A DNA stretch of 64,000 nt. It comes from Camelus ferus (lineage: Eukaryota). Under the pieces are notes generated by a model. That model had not been told where the DNA came from. It ran no database searches and saw only the letters and a list, made by a program, of their open reading frames with translations. This document shows positions 38,061-51,062 of this stretch, in pieces. The translations under genes and the position numbers were made by a program. The stretch lies in assembly GCF_009834535.1 (NCBI RefSeq), contig NC_045697.1:103480001-103544000 (forward strand), read 5' to 3'. How positions within the stretch are numbered: the stretch's first letter is position 1; the number at the start of each line of letters is the position of its first letter.

Positions 38061-40821
38061 TCTAGCCTCTTCTACTGGATCTCTTTTAAATGTTGATATT
38101 CTCCAGGATCCATCTAAGTTTGGGGTACAGTTTTTAAGAGTTAAAAGAAATTCTGTAAATGTATAAATGGACCTAGAACTGTGGAAAGCACATAATCTAC
38201 TCAAGTAAATGGTGAAACTTAAGACATGGTTTTATTTGTTCTGAGGCAGCATAGTTTTCACTGGGATAGAAAATTAAAATAAGGAATCAGAATAAGGCAC
38301 TGTTCGTTCTCCTTAAATGTTTTGGATATGACAGGTCTAGAGTCTCTCAAGTTTCATCTTCAGCACTCTTCTCTTCCCATTCAACATTATTTCTTTGGGA
38401 ATCTTATCCATATCCAGGCCTCAGTGACACCAACACGCCAGTGTCTCCAAAATGATGCTCCAAGGGACGTTATGTTCCATGTTCAAATAAGGTTGAGAAA
38501 TGCCAGCTATAAACCTCTTGTTTGTGGAGATTTGCAGTACATCTCACTAAACTAAAGGCCCTGTGAGGTCCTGCAGTAACAGGGAAACACGGCTCAGAAT
38601 CTGCATTACGAGCCCAGCCCCGTCCCTCATGTTCAGAGCGGTGTTTCCAGCTGCTTACTGTATATTACACTTAGACATCCCATGACATTCAAAGTTAACA
38701 TGACCAAAACTGACGTTATTTTGCCTGACTCAAAGTGTCTCCTCTTATGTCCCTTTTCTCCTGTAATTCTTATCTTTTCCCATAGTTGGTACCTCGGTCG
38801 TCAAAAACGAAAAACAACAAAACAAAACAAAACCTGCAAGACCAGGCAGACTTTTTTTGTCCCCTGAGTGTTCCTCATTTGCCAGTTTATTTACTTAGAT
38901 CTGTTACATCTACCTTCTCAGACTATCTAATGTGCACCCCCTGCTCCACCCAAGCTGCTCCAGCCTCAGCTCCACCCGCCATCTTCCCTTTTTCTGTAAC
39001 AATAACCCCCTCACTGCTTCTGCTGCTTCCCAGAAGGATGGTCTTAAAACAGAAAATGATGATGTTACTTTCACGGTCAGCATCCGTGAGTGGCTCCTTG
39101 CTGACTCCGGGCTATGTCACAACTCTCGTCTTGGATGGAGTTGCATGCTTCATTTAAGATGAAGGGCTAACATTTTCCTAGATCCTCCTGAGTGATTTAA
39201 AGAAAACTCCTCTACCTTCCTGGAGATGTGACTCTGTTGGATTTGAAAAGGCCTTGACAGTATTCAAGCGATGTTTGGGAAGTAGAAAAGTTAAGGAGCA
39301 TTATTGATGTCTAACTTTTTGTTTGTTTGTTTTTTGATCCTTTGTTTCTGACCATGGAAAACTGAGAGGCAACTGTTTAGGGAATCACTAGGTCAAATAG
39401 TCTGAATCAGGTTGTTGACTGGTTTGGGAAAATGCAATATTTAACACCATAACTACAGTGAACTTCCCCACAGATCAAAAATTTCTGGCTGCTTTTTTAA
39501 AAAATGACATTGTAAAAGCTTCTAATGATACAAGATGGTGCAATATGAAAAAGAGCAGGTTTCAAATTAAAAGTTTCACCTTTACACCCTCAAGTGGCAA
39601 AACTAGTATACTTCTCTACACAAGGAAACAAAAATTCTGGGGGAATACATCCCAGACTATTAATAGAGTTTATCTCGAGGGAAAGTAAATCGGTCTTTTT
39701 CATATACTTCTATCTGTTTAATTGTGCTTTCTAACATGTCTATGATGAATATGAATTATTTTTGTAGTAAGAAAAAAAGTGTGGTTTTAAAAAAATTCTT
39801 GAAAAATCTTGGCAGCTTTCTAGACTGACCAGTCTTAGTCTACTTATGTCCAAGATGACCTCGATTTGCCTCTTTTCCTCATCCCTCAGTTTTGTTTTCC
39901 TTCCAGAAAGAAACAGCATGTCAATTGAAAATAGTCAACAGTGTGCTTTCAGTGCCCATCCGTGTGGTCTGGCGTTCAACATGTTTTCCAGGAGGAGGTA
40001 GCACAACCAAATGATGATGACAACCCTTCGAAGAAAACCCTAGCTTCTCAGTCTGGGAATTTTAAAGTAAGAGTTGCAAACTGGCTTTATCTCAAATTAG
40101 ATGAAGTCTGCATACTGAGATGCATAATAACAATTTAAAGACCTCTTATCTAAGCTACATTTACTATGTATTTGGACTTATTTATATATGCAATCCAATC
40201 TGATATCCTAGATATTTTATCATTTCTGCATGGATTTACCTCACCTCTCTTTTTTTTTTTAATAAGTGGTCTTATTATGGCTGGAATGCTTCATGATTTT
40301 TTTAAAGAGATTTCAAGTTTATGTACCTAAAATGTTAGTTTTTCTTTACCTTACTTGGAGGAGATGAGTGTATGTCTTTATTTTCATGTTTTTATTTAAA
40401 ACACTTTCTCTTTCAATATGCTGAAACTAAAGTAATTCTGAGTATATTACACATGGCTCTTAAGATTTTATCTTCATCCTAAGAATTAATTTTAAAACAA
40501 ATTAAGTTGCTATAATGCTGATTCTAATATCTGAGGGAAAAAAAGTCCACATTTAATTCAATTAGGGTGACTGTCTTATTTCACTACTTGGTTTAATAAA
40601 TTTAACAAAAGTCAAAATATATACTTTAAAAATTTCTGAAATAAGTTGAAGTCTTTTCTCCTCTGGAGGATCACAGCACAGAACTCTTTTTACTCCTCCA
40701 CATAACACACTCACACTAAATATAGTTCTCCGGCGTCTGATAATTTAGTGCCCCCAACGTTCAATAAACATGGTAATTTAAAACACGCAACATAGAGAAA
40801 TGTGGTGTTAGTTCTTAAGGA

Positions 40822-41010
40822 CAATGCTATCCGATCGAACGTTCGGTGATGATGGGAAATTCCTGTGTCTGTGCTGTCAAGACCGCAGCCCCTAGCCACA
40901 TGTGGCTAGTGTGACCAAGGAGCTGAATTGTAAATTTTACTGAATTTTAATGAATTCAAATTTAAATAGCCACACGTCACTAGTAGCCACCGATGGAATG
41001 GCACAGCTCT
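40822..41010. mobile_element. MER3-like element
   Basis: CTAGCCACATGTGGCTAG palindrome and TTTAAATAGCCACA. Confidence 0.8.
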
Positions 41011-41464
41011 AACGTTATAATCATTTGAATTATGTCCAGATAAAATTACTCCTGGATATTTGCCACGTAGTAATGTTCCTTTTGCCTTAATAAAATCAAC
41101 ATTGGGACTTGCCTGATTTCCCAAAAAGAGTAAATTAGCTGTTTTCATTACCTCTTTCCTTCTAATTCTTCCCCGGCAGATGGTAGGAAATGAGAGCTTC
41201 ATGTATTTCCTCTGGGAATGCCTTGGCATTTCACTCCATCCCAGTAATTGTCTGGTGGGGCCCTGGGGGCTCCCCGATGAGCCTCAGACAATTAAAAACT
41301 GAAGTCCTTTATTTTCTACTTATAGGAGCACAGTGAGCCAACAGTAAAACTTTTATTTTTGTATTTGACTAAAGAGTATTTACTAGTAATCTACTAACAA
41401 TTACCAGGGCTTACTTTTGTGGACCTAGGGGTGATAATTAATTACATTCCTGTCCCCACCTATA

Positions 41465-42055
41465 TTCTTTAGGGTCCCAATAGGAACAGAAGGCATGTTC
41501 AAACCTGTAATTAGAGAGTTTTAAAAAGGACACTTCACAAATGTGTTAAAGGAAACCTACACGGAGTGGTGGGTATCCCAGGGTCAGCAGCAGAAGTGAG
41601 CTCCTGGACCAGGTAGGGCAAAGGAGGAGGTGGTTTTGGAACCATGTGAGAGATGTTTGGAGAAGATTGTTTGACAGGAGCTGTGCTCTTTGTCAAGAGG
41701 ACACAGCCAACAGTGGCAAACTTACTCTTATCTTTTTTTTTTTTTTGGCAGGGGGAGGTAACTAGGTTTATTTAATTACTTTTTTATTTGTTTGTTTACT
41801 TGTTGTTGGAGGAGGTACCGGTGATTGAACCCAGGACCTCATGCTTCCTAAGCATGCACTCTACAGCTTGAGCTATACCCTGCCATCCCCCTCAAACTTA
41901 CTCCTATCTTATCCTCTGATCTCTTGGTGCATTCTATTGGCTAAATCATCTGAAAGCTAGAAAACTGGGGAACCTCTCGATATAGTGTCTAAAGGCAGCC
42001 TTCCAGAGCTCAGACAGGTGGGCGAACATGGGAGAGGCGACAGAAAATATCCACT
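41465..42055 (-). mobile_element. Ancient ERVL-class LTR fragment hosting the SINE
   Basis: TTAGGGTCCCAATAGGAAC start, TCTATTGGCTAAA and GGCAGCCTTCCAGAGCTCAGA motifs of LTR33/41-type elements. Confidence 0.5.
41734..41892 (-). mobile_element. tRNA-derived SINE (Vic-1-like) inserted in an older LTR
   Basis: Same body as the other two; TSD CAAACTTACTCTTATCT / CAAACTTACTCCTATCT. Confidence 0.9.
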
Positions 42056-42249
42056 ACTCCTCCCAAGTTTAGAACCAATTGAAAGAGGCACAGATGGCTC
42101 TAAATCAACCACGAGAGACTAGATGGGTAGAAAAACATCTGCCTTATGACTTATGAAAGCTGGATTGAATGACAATGCTTAGATGTGTGCGTCGGACCAA
42201 ATTAATGCATCTTCCCAGATTCACTCAACCTCCCCTGCTGTCAGTGGAG

Positions 42250-43512
42250 AGGCCTGCTCAGCTCCACTGTCACACAAGTTAACCAGCACCAGTTTCTTGG
42301 CTCCTCTAGGTTAAGGGCTGGCTGAAGAATGGCCCAGCCTGCCTCCCACTGCAAGGGCTACCCAAACTTTACCATCAAGGCCTGGAGGTTCTGGATCCTC
42401 CCACCTACTTCTGGACTCAGATGGAGGACCATGCGGTGGATTGTGGGATATGACTTCCCCAGCAACCACCTTGGAGGAAGGGGGACAAAGTGACACAACG
42501 CAGGGATGTGGGGTTGCCAGCTCATGTGGCAAACTTTGACAGAGAAAGACAACAGACAACACAGCAGTGAGGAACTAGCAGATGCAGTCTTCTTTCTTCT
42601 CCCCAGCAGATTACTCTGAACTGGTTTTTTCCAAACATCACATCTAGAGACTGAAATGTTCAAATAACCGGTTGTGTTTTCTTGTGTTAACCAGCCAGCT
42701 CCGTCAAGTACCAGCTTATATTTGCTGTCCCTCTTTCCCTGCCTGTGGACTGCGGTTAAGACGGCTGCCTATTCTTCATTATTCTTTCCACTGAGAAATA
42801 GAATTTAATTTCCCCTCCTTTTGCATCTACACTGGCCTTCGGGACTTGCTTGAATAGTAGAATGTAGTGGAAGCGACCTTCTTGGACTTCCGAGGCAAAT
42901 GTTGTAACAAGTCTTGCAACTTCTGCCTGGTTCTCCCGGAGTGCTTTTCCTGAAGATGCTCTCTCGGGATACTGAGCCACGGTGCTGAGAGAAGCCCAAG
43001 CCCCTTAGGGAATCCACGTGTCAGTGGCCTCTGCTGAGCTCCCAGCCGGGAGTCAGCGTCAATTACCAGCTATTCCAGACCATGTGAGTGGAGAAGCCAT
43101 CTTGATAGCGGGTGGTCTGTCTCAGCCACCCAAACTGATGCTACATGGATCAGAGGTGAACCACTCAGTCCCATCTTTCCCAGATGCCTCACAAAACCAG
43201 GGCAGAATAAAATGATTCGTTTCAGCTGTCAGGTTCTTGGGTAGCTTGTTATACAGCAATGGAAAACTGGAGCACTTCCCCTCAATGGATTGTTCTCAGA
43301 AGCTGTAGCACAGATATGCCTCATATGATCAAGCGACTGCCTGTGCTTCCCTGCGAAGCTGTGGCCAGCTCAGTCATGGGCCACCTTCTATTTGCTGTCC
43401 CTCCTTCCCTGCCTTTCTTCCCTTTTTTCTTGACTCTGGCTGTCCTCGCATTACACGACCAGTAAATAAAGCGTTCACACACAGCCTTTGCCTCAGGCTT
43501 TGTTTACTGAGA
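42250..43512 (+). mobile_element. ERVL-class LTR (LTR16/LTR33-like) interrupted by an MLT1 LTR
   Basis: Ends AATAAAGCG...CCTTTGCCTCAGGCTTTGTTT; followed directly by ERVL internal sequence. Confidence 0.6.
42744..43274 (+). mobile_element. MaLR LTR (MLT1 family)
   Basis: TG...CA ends, near-perfect 5-bp TSD CTGCC/CTTCC, MLT1 3' end AATAAAATGATT...TTGTTATACAGCAAT. Confidence 0.8.
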
Positions 43513-44890
43513 AAGTCAACAGAAGAAGTGTCCTAGAAAGAAGACCCTCAGAATGAGATTTTGGGACTGATTTTGTATTTGACTGTCTGAAAACAATCAG
43601 GTAAGTGGGGATGGTAATAGCCCTGAGAAGTGACTTCACAATTTCTAACTCTTTTATTTGTGGTTGACTGGGATGGAGATTGGGTGGACGGCAAAACTTC
43701 GGAACATCAGGGAGCTACCATGTTTGATCAGTGAGGGGCAACATAACGAGGGGTGAGGGGCTGCTTTTGAGACATTTGAGGTTTTGATAAAAGAAGATGA
43801 TCATTGTAAATCAACGGGACTTCAATAAAAAATAAAAATGTATAAAAAACAAACAAAAATGCCTAAGGCAAAACCACCCTGCCAGACACTCTGATCTTAC
43901 TGTATTAAAGCTTGAATTAAAAAAAATGATAGGCTAAGGTAGCTATTACTGATTTAAGTCACGCTCTCAAAGCCAGAGGACCTACGGAATGGCTTTAAAT
44001 GAGGCTGGCATCTCCTGCACCTGGAAGGCATCGGTACTGAAAATCAGTGCAGGGTGGCAGGGCTGTGAAGAAAACTGACTGTGCAGACTCAACAGGTCTC
44101 CTAGGTCATGGTCAGGGCCTTGATAGGGAAAGAGTGGGAAACTGAAACCTAGGATGAAGACGCTGGAGTAGACACGCCGGAATCTCCCTGGCTGGCAGAA
44201 ACAGTTTGTTTCTCCTTGTCAAGGGTGAAGACCTCCCCCGCCGCCCTTGCCTGGGGAGAGTGCGATGATGTTACCAGAAGCAAGAGCCTCCCCAAATCAG
44301 GCTTGTTCTCAAGTTTGCCTCAAGACCCACCCTGACCTTCCCTTGCCGCCCTCCCCAGGCAAATACTAAGGGAGTACAAGCCCTGATGGGAAGACAGAGC
44401 CTACTTGCCGAAGGAAAGGTCTGACCTGATGAAATGTGCTGGCTGGAACTGTGCGAACACCGTGGGTGAGGATCTGGAGATTACCTGACAGGCAGAGGAG
44501 GCAGACAGAGGCTAGAGAATGGACAGCACGGACACCTACCTGTGATTCAGGATTCAGTGTTCTGGCCAGGACACGTGGAGCTGGTCCTTACACACTACTG
44601 CAACGGCTCCTTCAGGTCTAGTCACCGTGACGGCCTAAAGGAGATGATGTGGATATATTGGAACTTCTTCGACCTTAGTTTAGATAAGAGAGTCAGAAGT
44701 CTTAAGGAGGTGGGCGTATGAGAATGGCTTCACGTTTTAAGACCTACCACCTGACTACATTTCCCAGAAGGCCTCCTTTTCCGAGGCAATAAGGAATGCC
44801 GGGGGTGGAAATGGTGGGAATGACGGGGGGGGGGGGGGGGGATTGGGAGGGAGTGGGTACGAGCATCTTTGAGAAGTTCAGGGTTGGTTG
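43513..44890 (+). mobile_element. ERVL internal fragment (leader and degraded gag)
   Basis: 44090-44173 QQVS*VMVRALIGKEWETET*DED (cf. VRALIGKEWDPETWDGD); DSGFSVLAR near 44545. Confidence 0.8.
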
Positions 44891-45389
44891 CCTTCTGTAG
44901 GCCAGATTTACCAAACCAGAATATCTGCATTAATATGCCCCCTGATTTTCTTGTGCACATCAGAGTTTGAGAGTCACTGGGTTAGAGGAGCAGGCATTTG
45001 GGGTAGTGGTCGCCATTAATGTTTGAATGGGTCCACATTTTTACATCTGATTCGTCATTCAGAGCTCACTGGCCCATGGACCTGTGGCCACACGTAGCCT
45101 TTTAGAGCTGGAAGAATGATCCTTTGAGCCAATCACGAAGGAAAAAATTTCCATTACAAACTATATATATAATGTCATTTTATATATTCTGAAGCCCACA
45201 AATAAGATTTTAATGCAAGATACACGACTAATATGTTTTAATAATTTATTTAATCACCCAACATTTAAATAATTTTATTTTAATTATTTAATTACCCAAT
45301 AAATAAAATTAACTGATTAAGATTAAATTAATATTTCATTTAAATTTAATTTAATTGTTTTAATACTGATACTGGCAGTGAAAGGGGCT

Positions 45390-45625
45390 AGCATTCACTG
45401 AGGGCTTAGCTATGCTTTAGACATGGTGGTCAGTGATTTTTATTGATGAGTTCAATTAATTCTTACAGAAACTGTGAGGTAGGTAAAATGATACTTCCCA
45501 CTTCACATATAATGAAACTGAGGCATAAAGAAATTAGGTAACTTTTCCAAATCCTATAACTTGTAAGTGGCAGAGACAGAATACAGCCCAGGACAGCCTG
45601 CCCAAGCTCATAACCACTGTTTCAC
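45390..45625 (-). mobile_element. MIR SINE
   Basis: GTGAGGTAGGT...GAAACTGAGGC core. Confidence 0.75.
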
Positions 45626-47339
45626 TGCAGTAAAATTAATTAGATAATAACATATTTTTTAAAATTATAGTCTTTTGTGATATTGGTCAGTTCTGACCCT
45701 TGCCTTTACTGTTTGGCTCTTTTACACAATAAATCTTTGATACTTAATTTTGAGTGTGTAGATGGCTGGATGTGCCTACGTTTAATTAAAGAGAAGTACA
45801 TTTAATTGCACTGGCAAATTTTAAACGCTCGGCTATCCTCTGAGCTGGCAAAACCTTCTAAGTTCTTCAGTTAACCCTTGTACTTCCAGATATTTTGCTT
45901 AATGAATAAAAGTTTATTTAAATAGTGAAAGCGTCCCCAGTTTTGGAATATCAGGATTTTCCTTGAGATCAACGCACCGACCTGGTTCTCTGCTGCAGTA
46001 GAGGGTGCTTTTGGAATTTCACAGGACCTGGCTTGCAGGAGGCCCCTTCCCACCTTCCCCAGGTCCACTGGATTTGGCAACATAGCAGTTATCAGATGAT
46101 TTGCTAAAAATCCCTCCTGCTCCGTCAGGAGTGAGTAGCAGTATTAATCAGAGGGCTTAGGGCAAGGACAGCTGAATACCAGTCTCTGAGAATGGAAAGC
46201 TCTTTTCAAAACCAGAAGCAATATTTTCTATACAAAATGCTAAACCTTGAAGACCTCATTTGCAAATAAAAGACTGCAAGTTTCTGGCATTCTCTCACTG
46301 TCGTTTCTCCAGGCACAATAATCAAGCACCCTGTGAATAACAGCGTGGCTGTCAATATCACTTTCAAGTTTCGGGACTTCAGGGTAGGCGAGAAGGGAGA
46401 GAAAAGGTGGTCAACAGGCAACCCAGCTTTCATTTTAACACTCCCCAGAGGATTTTCATTACCCTTTCAGTATCAAGCCTTACCTTTTCCTTTCTCAAGG
46501 TCAGCTCTGTCTAGACAGTTCCTGCCTTCAGCTTCCTCCTGCAGCTAACGCACACTCACAGCAGGCTTGTGCCCACGACCTCGCCAGGCGCCCCTGCCCC
46601 TCAATCGGGAAGAGTCCCTTCCTCCTGTCTTACCTTGTGACCTTTCTCTAGGTTAGAAGTTCTCTACCGCAGCCAGGTCAGCCCTATAACGGCGGGATGG
46701 CACTGCAGAAGGCAGCTTCTCCCTCATTAGAAGTGACATCACTGTACATGAAAGACATCATATCTCCTTTCATATTAAAATGCCTGTCAGCTCTCCTGCT
46801 CAAAGGTTGTAAATCTGCCAGAGTGGCCTGAGCTTGGGGAGTTTTCATTATGAAAATATGAAGATAAGCATTCTGTTTTCCTGTCAAAGGGAAAGAGGCA
46901 AGGCTTCCGGTAATGACATTACTTTAGAAAATAAATATACATTTTCTCTACTGAGTATTGTAGAAGCACATTTGGAAAAGATAGCTCCCATTTTTTTAAG
47001 TTTTAAAAATTCAGGCTTATAAAGCGGGCTGGCATAGCTCAGATAGGAAATACAGCTGGAGTAAGGTTTATTAATGCACGCGTTTCACACTTGCTCTTAG
47101 AGTAAATCATGAGACATTCTCAATGATTTTAGCCCTTCATTTTCTTGCTGTCCACTCTAGAAAGTGACAAAAAAAAATACTTCACCCACCAATCACCTAT
47201 AATTCACAAGTGAAGTAGTCGCTGTGTTGGATTTGAGATTTTCCTTAACATTTTTAAACACTATTGCCAAATCATCACCTGCTAGTAGAATTTGCCTGAC
47301 AGCCTGTCTCCTACACAGGGATAGAGAAGGTGAGTTTAG

Positions 47340-47582
47340 GGGAAAGGAGTCGGGAGGGATACACTAAGAGTTGGGATTAGCAGATGCAAACTAGTCTGTA
47401 CAGAATAGATCAACAAGGTCCTACTGTGTAGCACAGGGAACCACGTTCAATATCTTGTAATAGCCACAGTGAAAAAGAACATGGGAAAGTATACACATAT
47501 ATAAAACAGAATCACTGTGCTGTACACCAGAAACTCACACAACTTTGTAAACCAACTATACTTTAATGAAAAAAAGAGAGAG
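47340..47582 (+). mobile_element. Short L1 3' end with TSD
   Basis: GTAGCACAGGGAAC...AACTATACTTTAATGAAAA; flanks AAGGTGAGTTTA / AAGGTGACTTTA. Confidence 0.85.
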
Positions 47583-49106
47583 AAAAAGGTGACTTTAAGG
47601 AGTCATATTGCTGGAAGGTGGAAGTCCATTGCTATGTAACCACACAAAAAAAGAGAAATATGATTGAGGAATCTACAGCTCTTTCCATAATCTATTGCCT
47701 CTGTGAGTCTTTAGATTTCAAATTAACCCCTTCCAGGCAGAGATAGTTGGATTTTTTGAAAAGTCTTACAACCAGAGACCTAAATTAAACCCTTAAACCC
47801 TGCTGGCTTCAGGGAGTGGTTGCTGTCTGTGAGGCAAACCAGTGATTCTCAATTCAGTTTATAGGATCATCTCTGAAGTTCATTCTTACTTGGTAGTTTG
47901 TGAAGAGGAACCGAGATTTCAGAGACAGTACTTATCTCTGCAGAAGTGACCATCAAGACCAGGGTGGGCTTCTTCAGGGCATCCCAGTAAGTGAAAAATG
48001 TAACACAGTTGCACCGGACGGTCAGCTCACTCTGTGGAGTCAGAAAGACTCAGAGAACTCAGCCTCTCAAAGCCGACAAATCAAGAACTTTTCATAGGAT
48101 GGGATTAACTCCTTTTTCATTCATAAAAGGCTAAAGTACAAATATCTCTATATTCATCCCACTGACAGACGAAGTGAAATGACACAAGGCTTCCTCTCTT
48201 GCTTTTGACACAACGCTGTAGATTGTACGTGATGCTGTGAAATGATTTTATGTAGGGAGTTTATCTGTAATTCAGTAAGTCTAGGCCCTATGACTTGTGG
48301 CTTTCTATGGATTAATTCAAATGAGAATAGCCACACTCAACAAGCCCAGGAAAGGCTTGGATATGTAACAAACTATCCAATTACCAGAAGCAAAAGAGGA
48401 AAATTTCCAGGGAGGTGGCTGGAGCCCAGACACCCCGCTGTACCTGTTTGCTGTGCTCTGCGCAGTGTATCCCAGCTGCCGCCTTGCCTGCGGGGCCTGC
48501 ACTGTGGCTTTCTCAGTGGAGGGGGAAGTCTAGGTGAGATCAGTCAACGATTGCAGGTACCTAGACATAAAACTAAGCCAGGGAACAGGCTCTGGAGTTT
48601 CTAGTGGCAAAGAATCGCTTCGGCAATGTTGTCAGAGAAGGAACTTGGGGCACTCAGCTATCTAGCGGGGTGAAGCCATGTGACTTACCAACAAAATTCT
48701 CAAGGGGAAATTTCATCCTTTCTCCACCTACCCCCTCCCTTAAAAAATCTAGACCATGTTACAAAAGTTAACAACTTAACAACCAATAGCTGTGTGTCAA
48801 AGCTGATGGCAGGTGCCCTCAAGAACAAAAGGTCAGTTTGGACTACATCACCCGGAAAATTACCTAAGGAGAGCCTGGGCCACGGGAAATCGCAATTCAA
48901 AATGAAACCAAATCTTCATTCAGCATCAGATCCAATGAGCATTTAAGAGAATCCCTGCCTTTATGATCGTTCTGTTGAAGGAGATGGCAAAGGTCTTTTG
49001 GGGATTTCTCGGCTTAGGCTTAGGGCTAGGATGCTTTCCTTCCTAGCTGTCTGCAGGCACCCTGTACTCTGTGTGGGAGATGTTGGTTGCTGGTTCCTTC
49101 TGGAAT

Positions 49107-49582
49107 TGTTACCGAATGTAAGTTGGTGTGCCCGACACACATTGAGGCCAGACAAACCAAAAACCTTGAAGTCTGGAGCAGAGAAAGGTTTATTGCAGGG
49201 CTGAGCAAGGAGGACAGGATGGTCCATGCCCAAAAAAACCCCAAATTTCTCGAAGAGTTTCATCAAAGCCTACTTAACGGCCAAGTGAAGGAGACGGTTG
49301 CAAGGTACATGATCAGCTCGTGCACAGTCCTCTGATTGGCTGATGTGGAGGTAACGGGGCGGTCAATACTATCAACCCTGGGCACCAGAAGGTCTGGGTG
49401 CCACATGTTCATGCTGATCAAGTCGTTAATTTCTCACATTTGGTGGTGGTTTTTAGCACCTGAAAAACTCAGGAAATATGCATGAGGAACTATTATCTGG
49501 GTACTTCAGAGAGGAGCTGCAGCAGAGGATACGGGGGAGGGGTCTGTCCTGGGAAGGCCCCACAGGGTCCTGCTCAGTTACA
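49107..49582 (-). mobile_element. ERV1-type solo LTR
   Basis: TGTTACCGAA...CAGTTACA termini; antisense polyA signal TTTATT; CTGATTGG box. Confidence 0.75.
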
Positions 49583-50515
49583 AAGTCACCATCAGATGCT
49601 CACAGAAAACGGGCCAGTACCTGAGCCACTTCCTACCACTGAACATAGCCAGGCACTAGAGTGGCTTTGGATGTGTCCAGGACACCTGGGACCATGTAGC
49701 ACAGGCAGGCGGTGGTGACTTATCTGCTGGAGTCACTAACCTAGCCAGAAACGTCGTGTGCTCGGACCCCACGAGTTTGAGACCAGTGTCAGCCTTTGTC
49801 AAACAAACACGAGGAGCCCAGTATCCCCAAGGCCATGAAGGGCTGACTTAGCCACTCCAAGCTGGTTTCCCTTGTAAGGACCTTTACCGTTTTTCCCTAG
49901 AGCCAAAAAGTAAATAGGATTGAAACCTCGTGGCCCTCCAGATGTCTTCCTAAAGACATCTTTGGTAAACGAAACCACAGCTGAGAGAGGACAGGCCACT
50001 GCAGTGGGCATCACTGCATGGGAAGGAGGTCAAGTTGCCTTTGCCCTTCTGCTCCCAGATCTTTATTGCCTGTGGCCAGAGGCAAAAACTTGTGACCCTA
50101 CCAGTGACCCTATATAGAAACCCCAGCACAGTAAAGTCCGCTACATTGAATCTAATTCGGGTACATAATAAGAAACAGTTTTGCAAACAGTTTTTTAGAA
50201 GAAGAAAAAGTTGCTTTCCCATTTAGTTGAAATTCTGCAGACAGCTTTAAAATCTTAGACAAGGAGGCCAGGGTCCCAGGCTCAATTTATATAAAGGCGA
50301 GTCAGTTCACTGAGGTGCAAAGTCTTAAGTTCTACCTCCGTTCTGTAACTATCCTCTGCCAATGTGCCATTTTATAAGTACTTTTCAGTCAGTCAGAAGA
50401 GGGGGTTGCTGATAAACAGGAATGAATCAGCACAGACCGTATCAGCTCGATAAGAAGCATGAGTTGTGAAGCGTGAGTTGTAAACATGTTTCATGGGCAA
50501 AGACATTTCTAGTTA

Positions 50516-51062
50516 CGTGGCAGATTGTATTTCTCAAAGAGAAATATGATGTATGTATAAGATGATACTTAGGAGTATCTTTGACACTCCTCCTGTTGAG
50601 GGGAGGAGTCTGCCTTAAAAGTGGAGGTGCTTTGTGACTCTTTGGACCAACAGAATACAGCAGAAGAGACTCCATGTGACTTCCGAGGCTGGTTCATTAA
50701 AGTCTTTGGCTTTGTTTGCTGGAACACTCACTCAAACCGTCTTTAACCACACTGTAAGTTGTCTTGTTACTGAAGCTGCCATGCTGTGAGGAAGCACAAG
50801 TAACCCATGCAGAGATGCCATTCTAGCATGGCCCCGTGACCACACGCATAGAAAGGGAGACACCTCGCTAATGCCCAGCTGCATAATAAGCCCACTGTTC
50901 CAGCCACCATCTGACTGCAACCTTGAGAGAGACCCTGATCCAGAAACACCCTGATCTGCCCCAAATTCTCACCCACAGAGACTGTGGTATATAATAAAAT
51001 GATTGCTATTTAAATAACTAGGTTTTGGGGTGATTTGTTATGAAACAATAGACAGCAGAAAA
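50516..51062 (+). mobile_element. MaLR LTR (MLT1 family)
   Basis: GTGACTTCCGAGGCTGG...TTTTGGGGTGATTTGTTATGAAACAATAGA. Confidence 0.8.

Noticed and set aside
40872..40889. 18-bp palindrome CTAGCCACATGTGGCTAG
   Set aside because: Intrinsic to MER3
19035..44890. pol, env and gag fragments as one provirus
   Set aside because: Order (pol before gag) and strands (+, -, +) are incompatible with a single intact element
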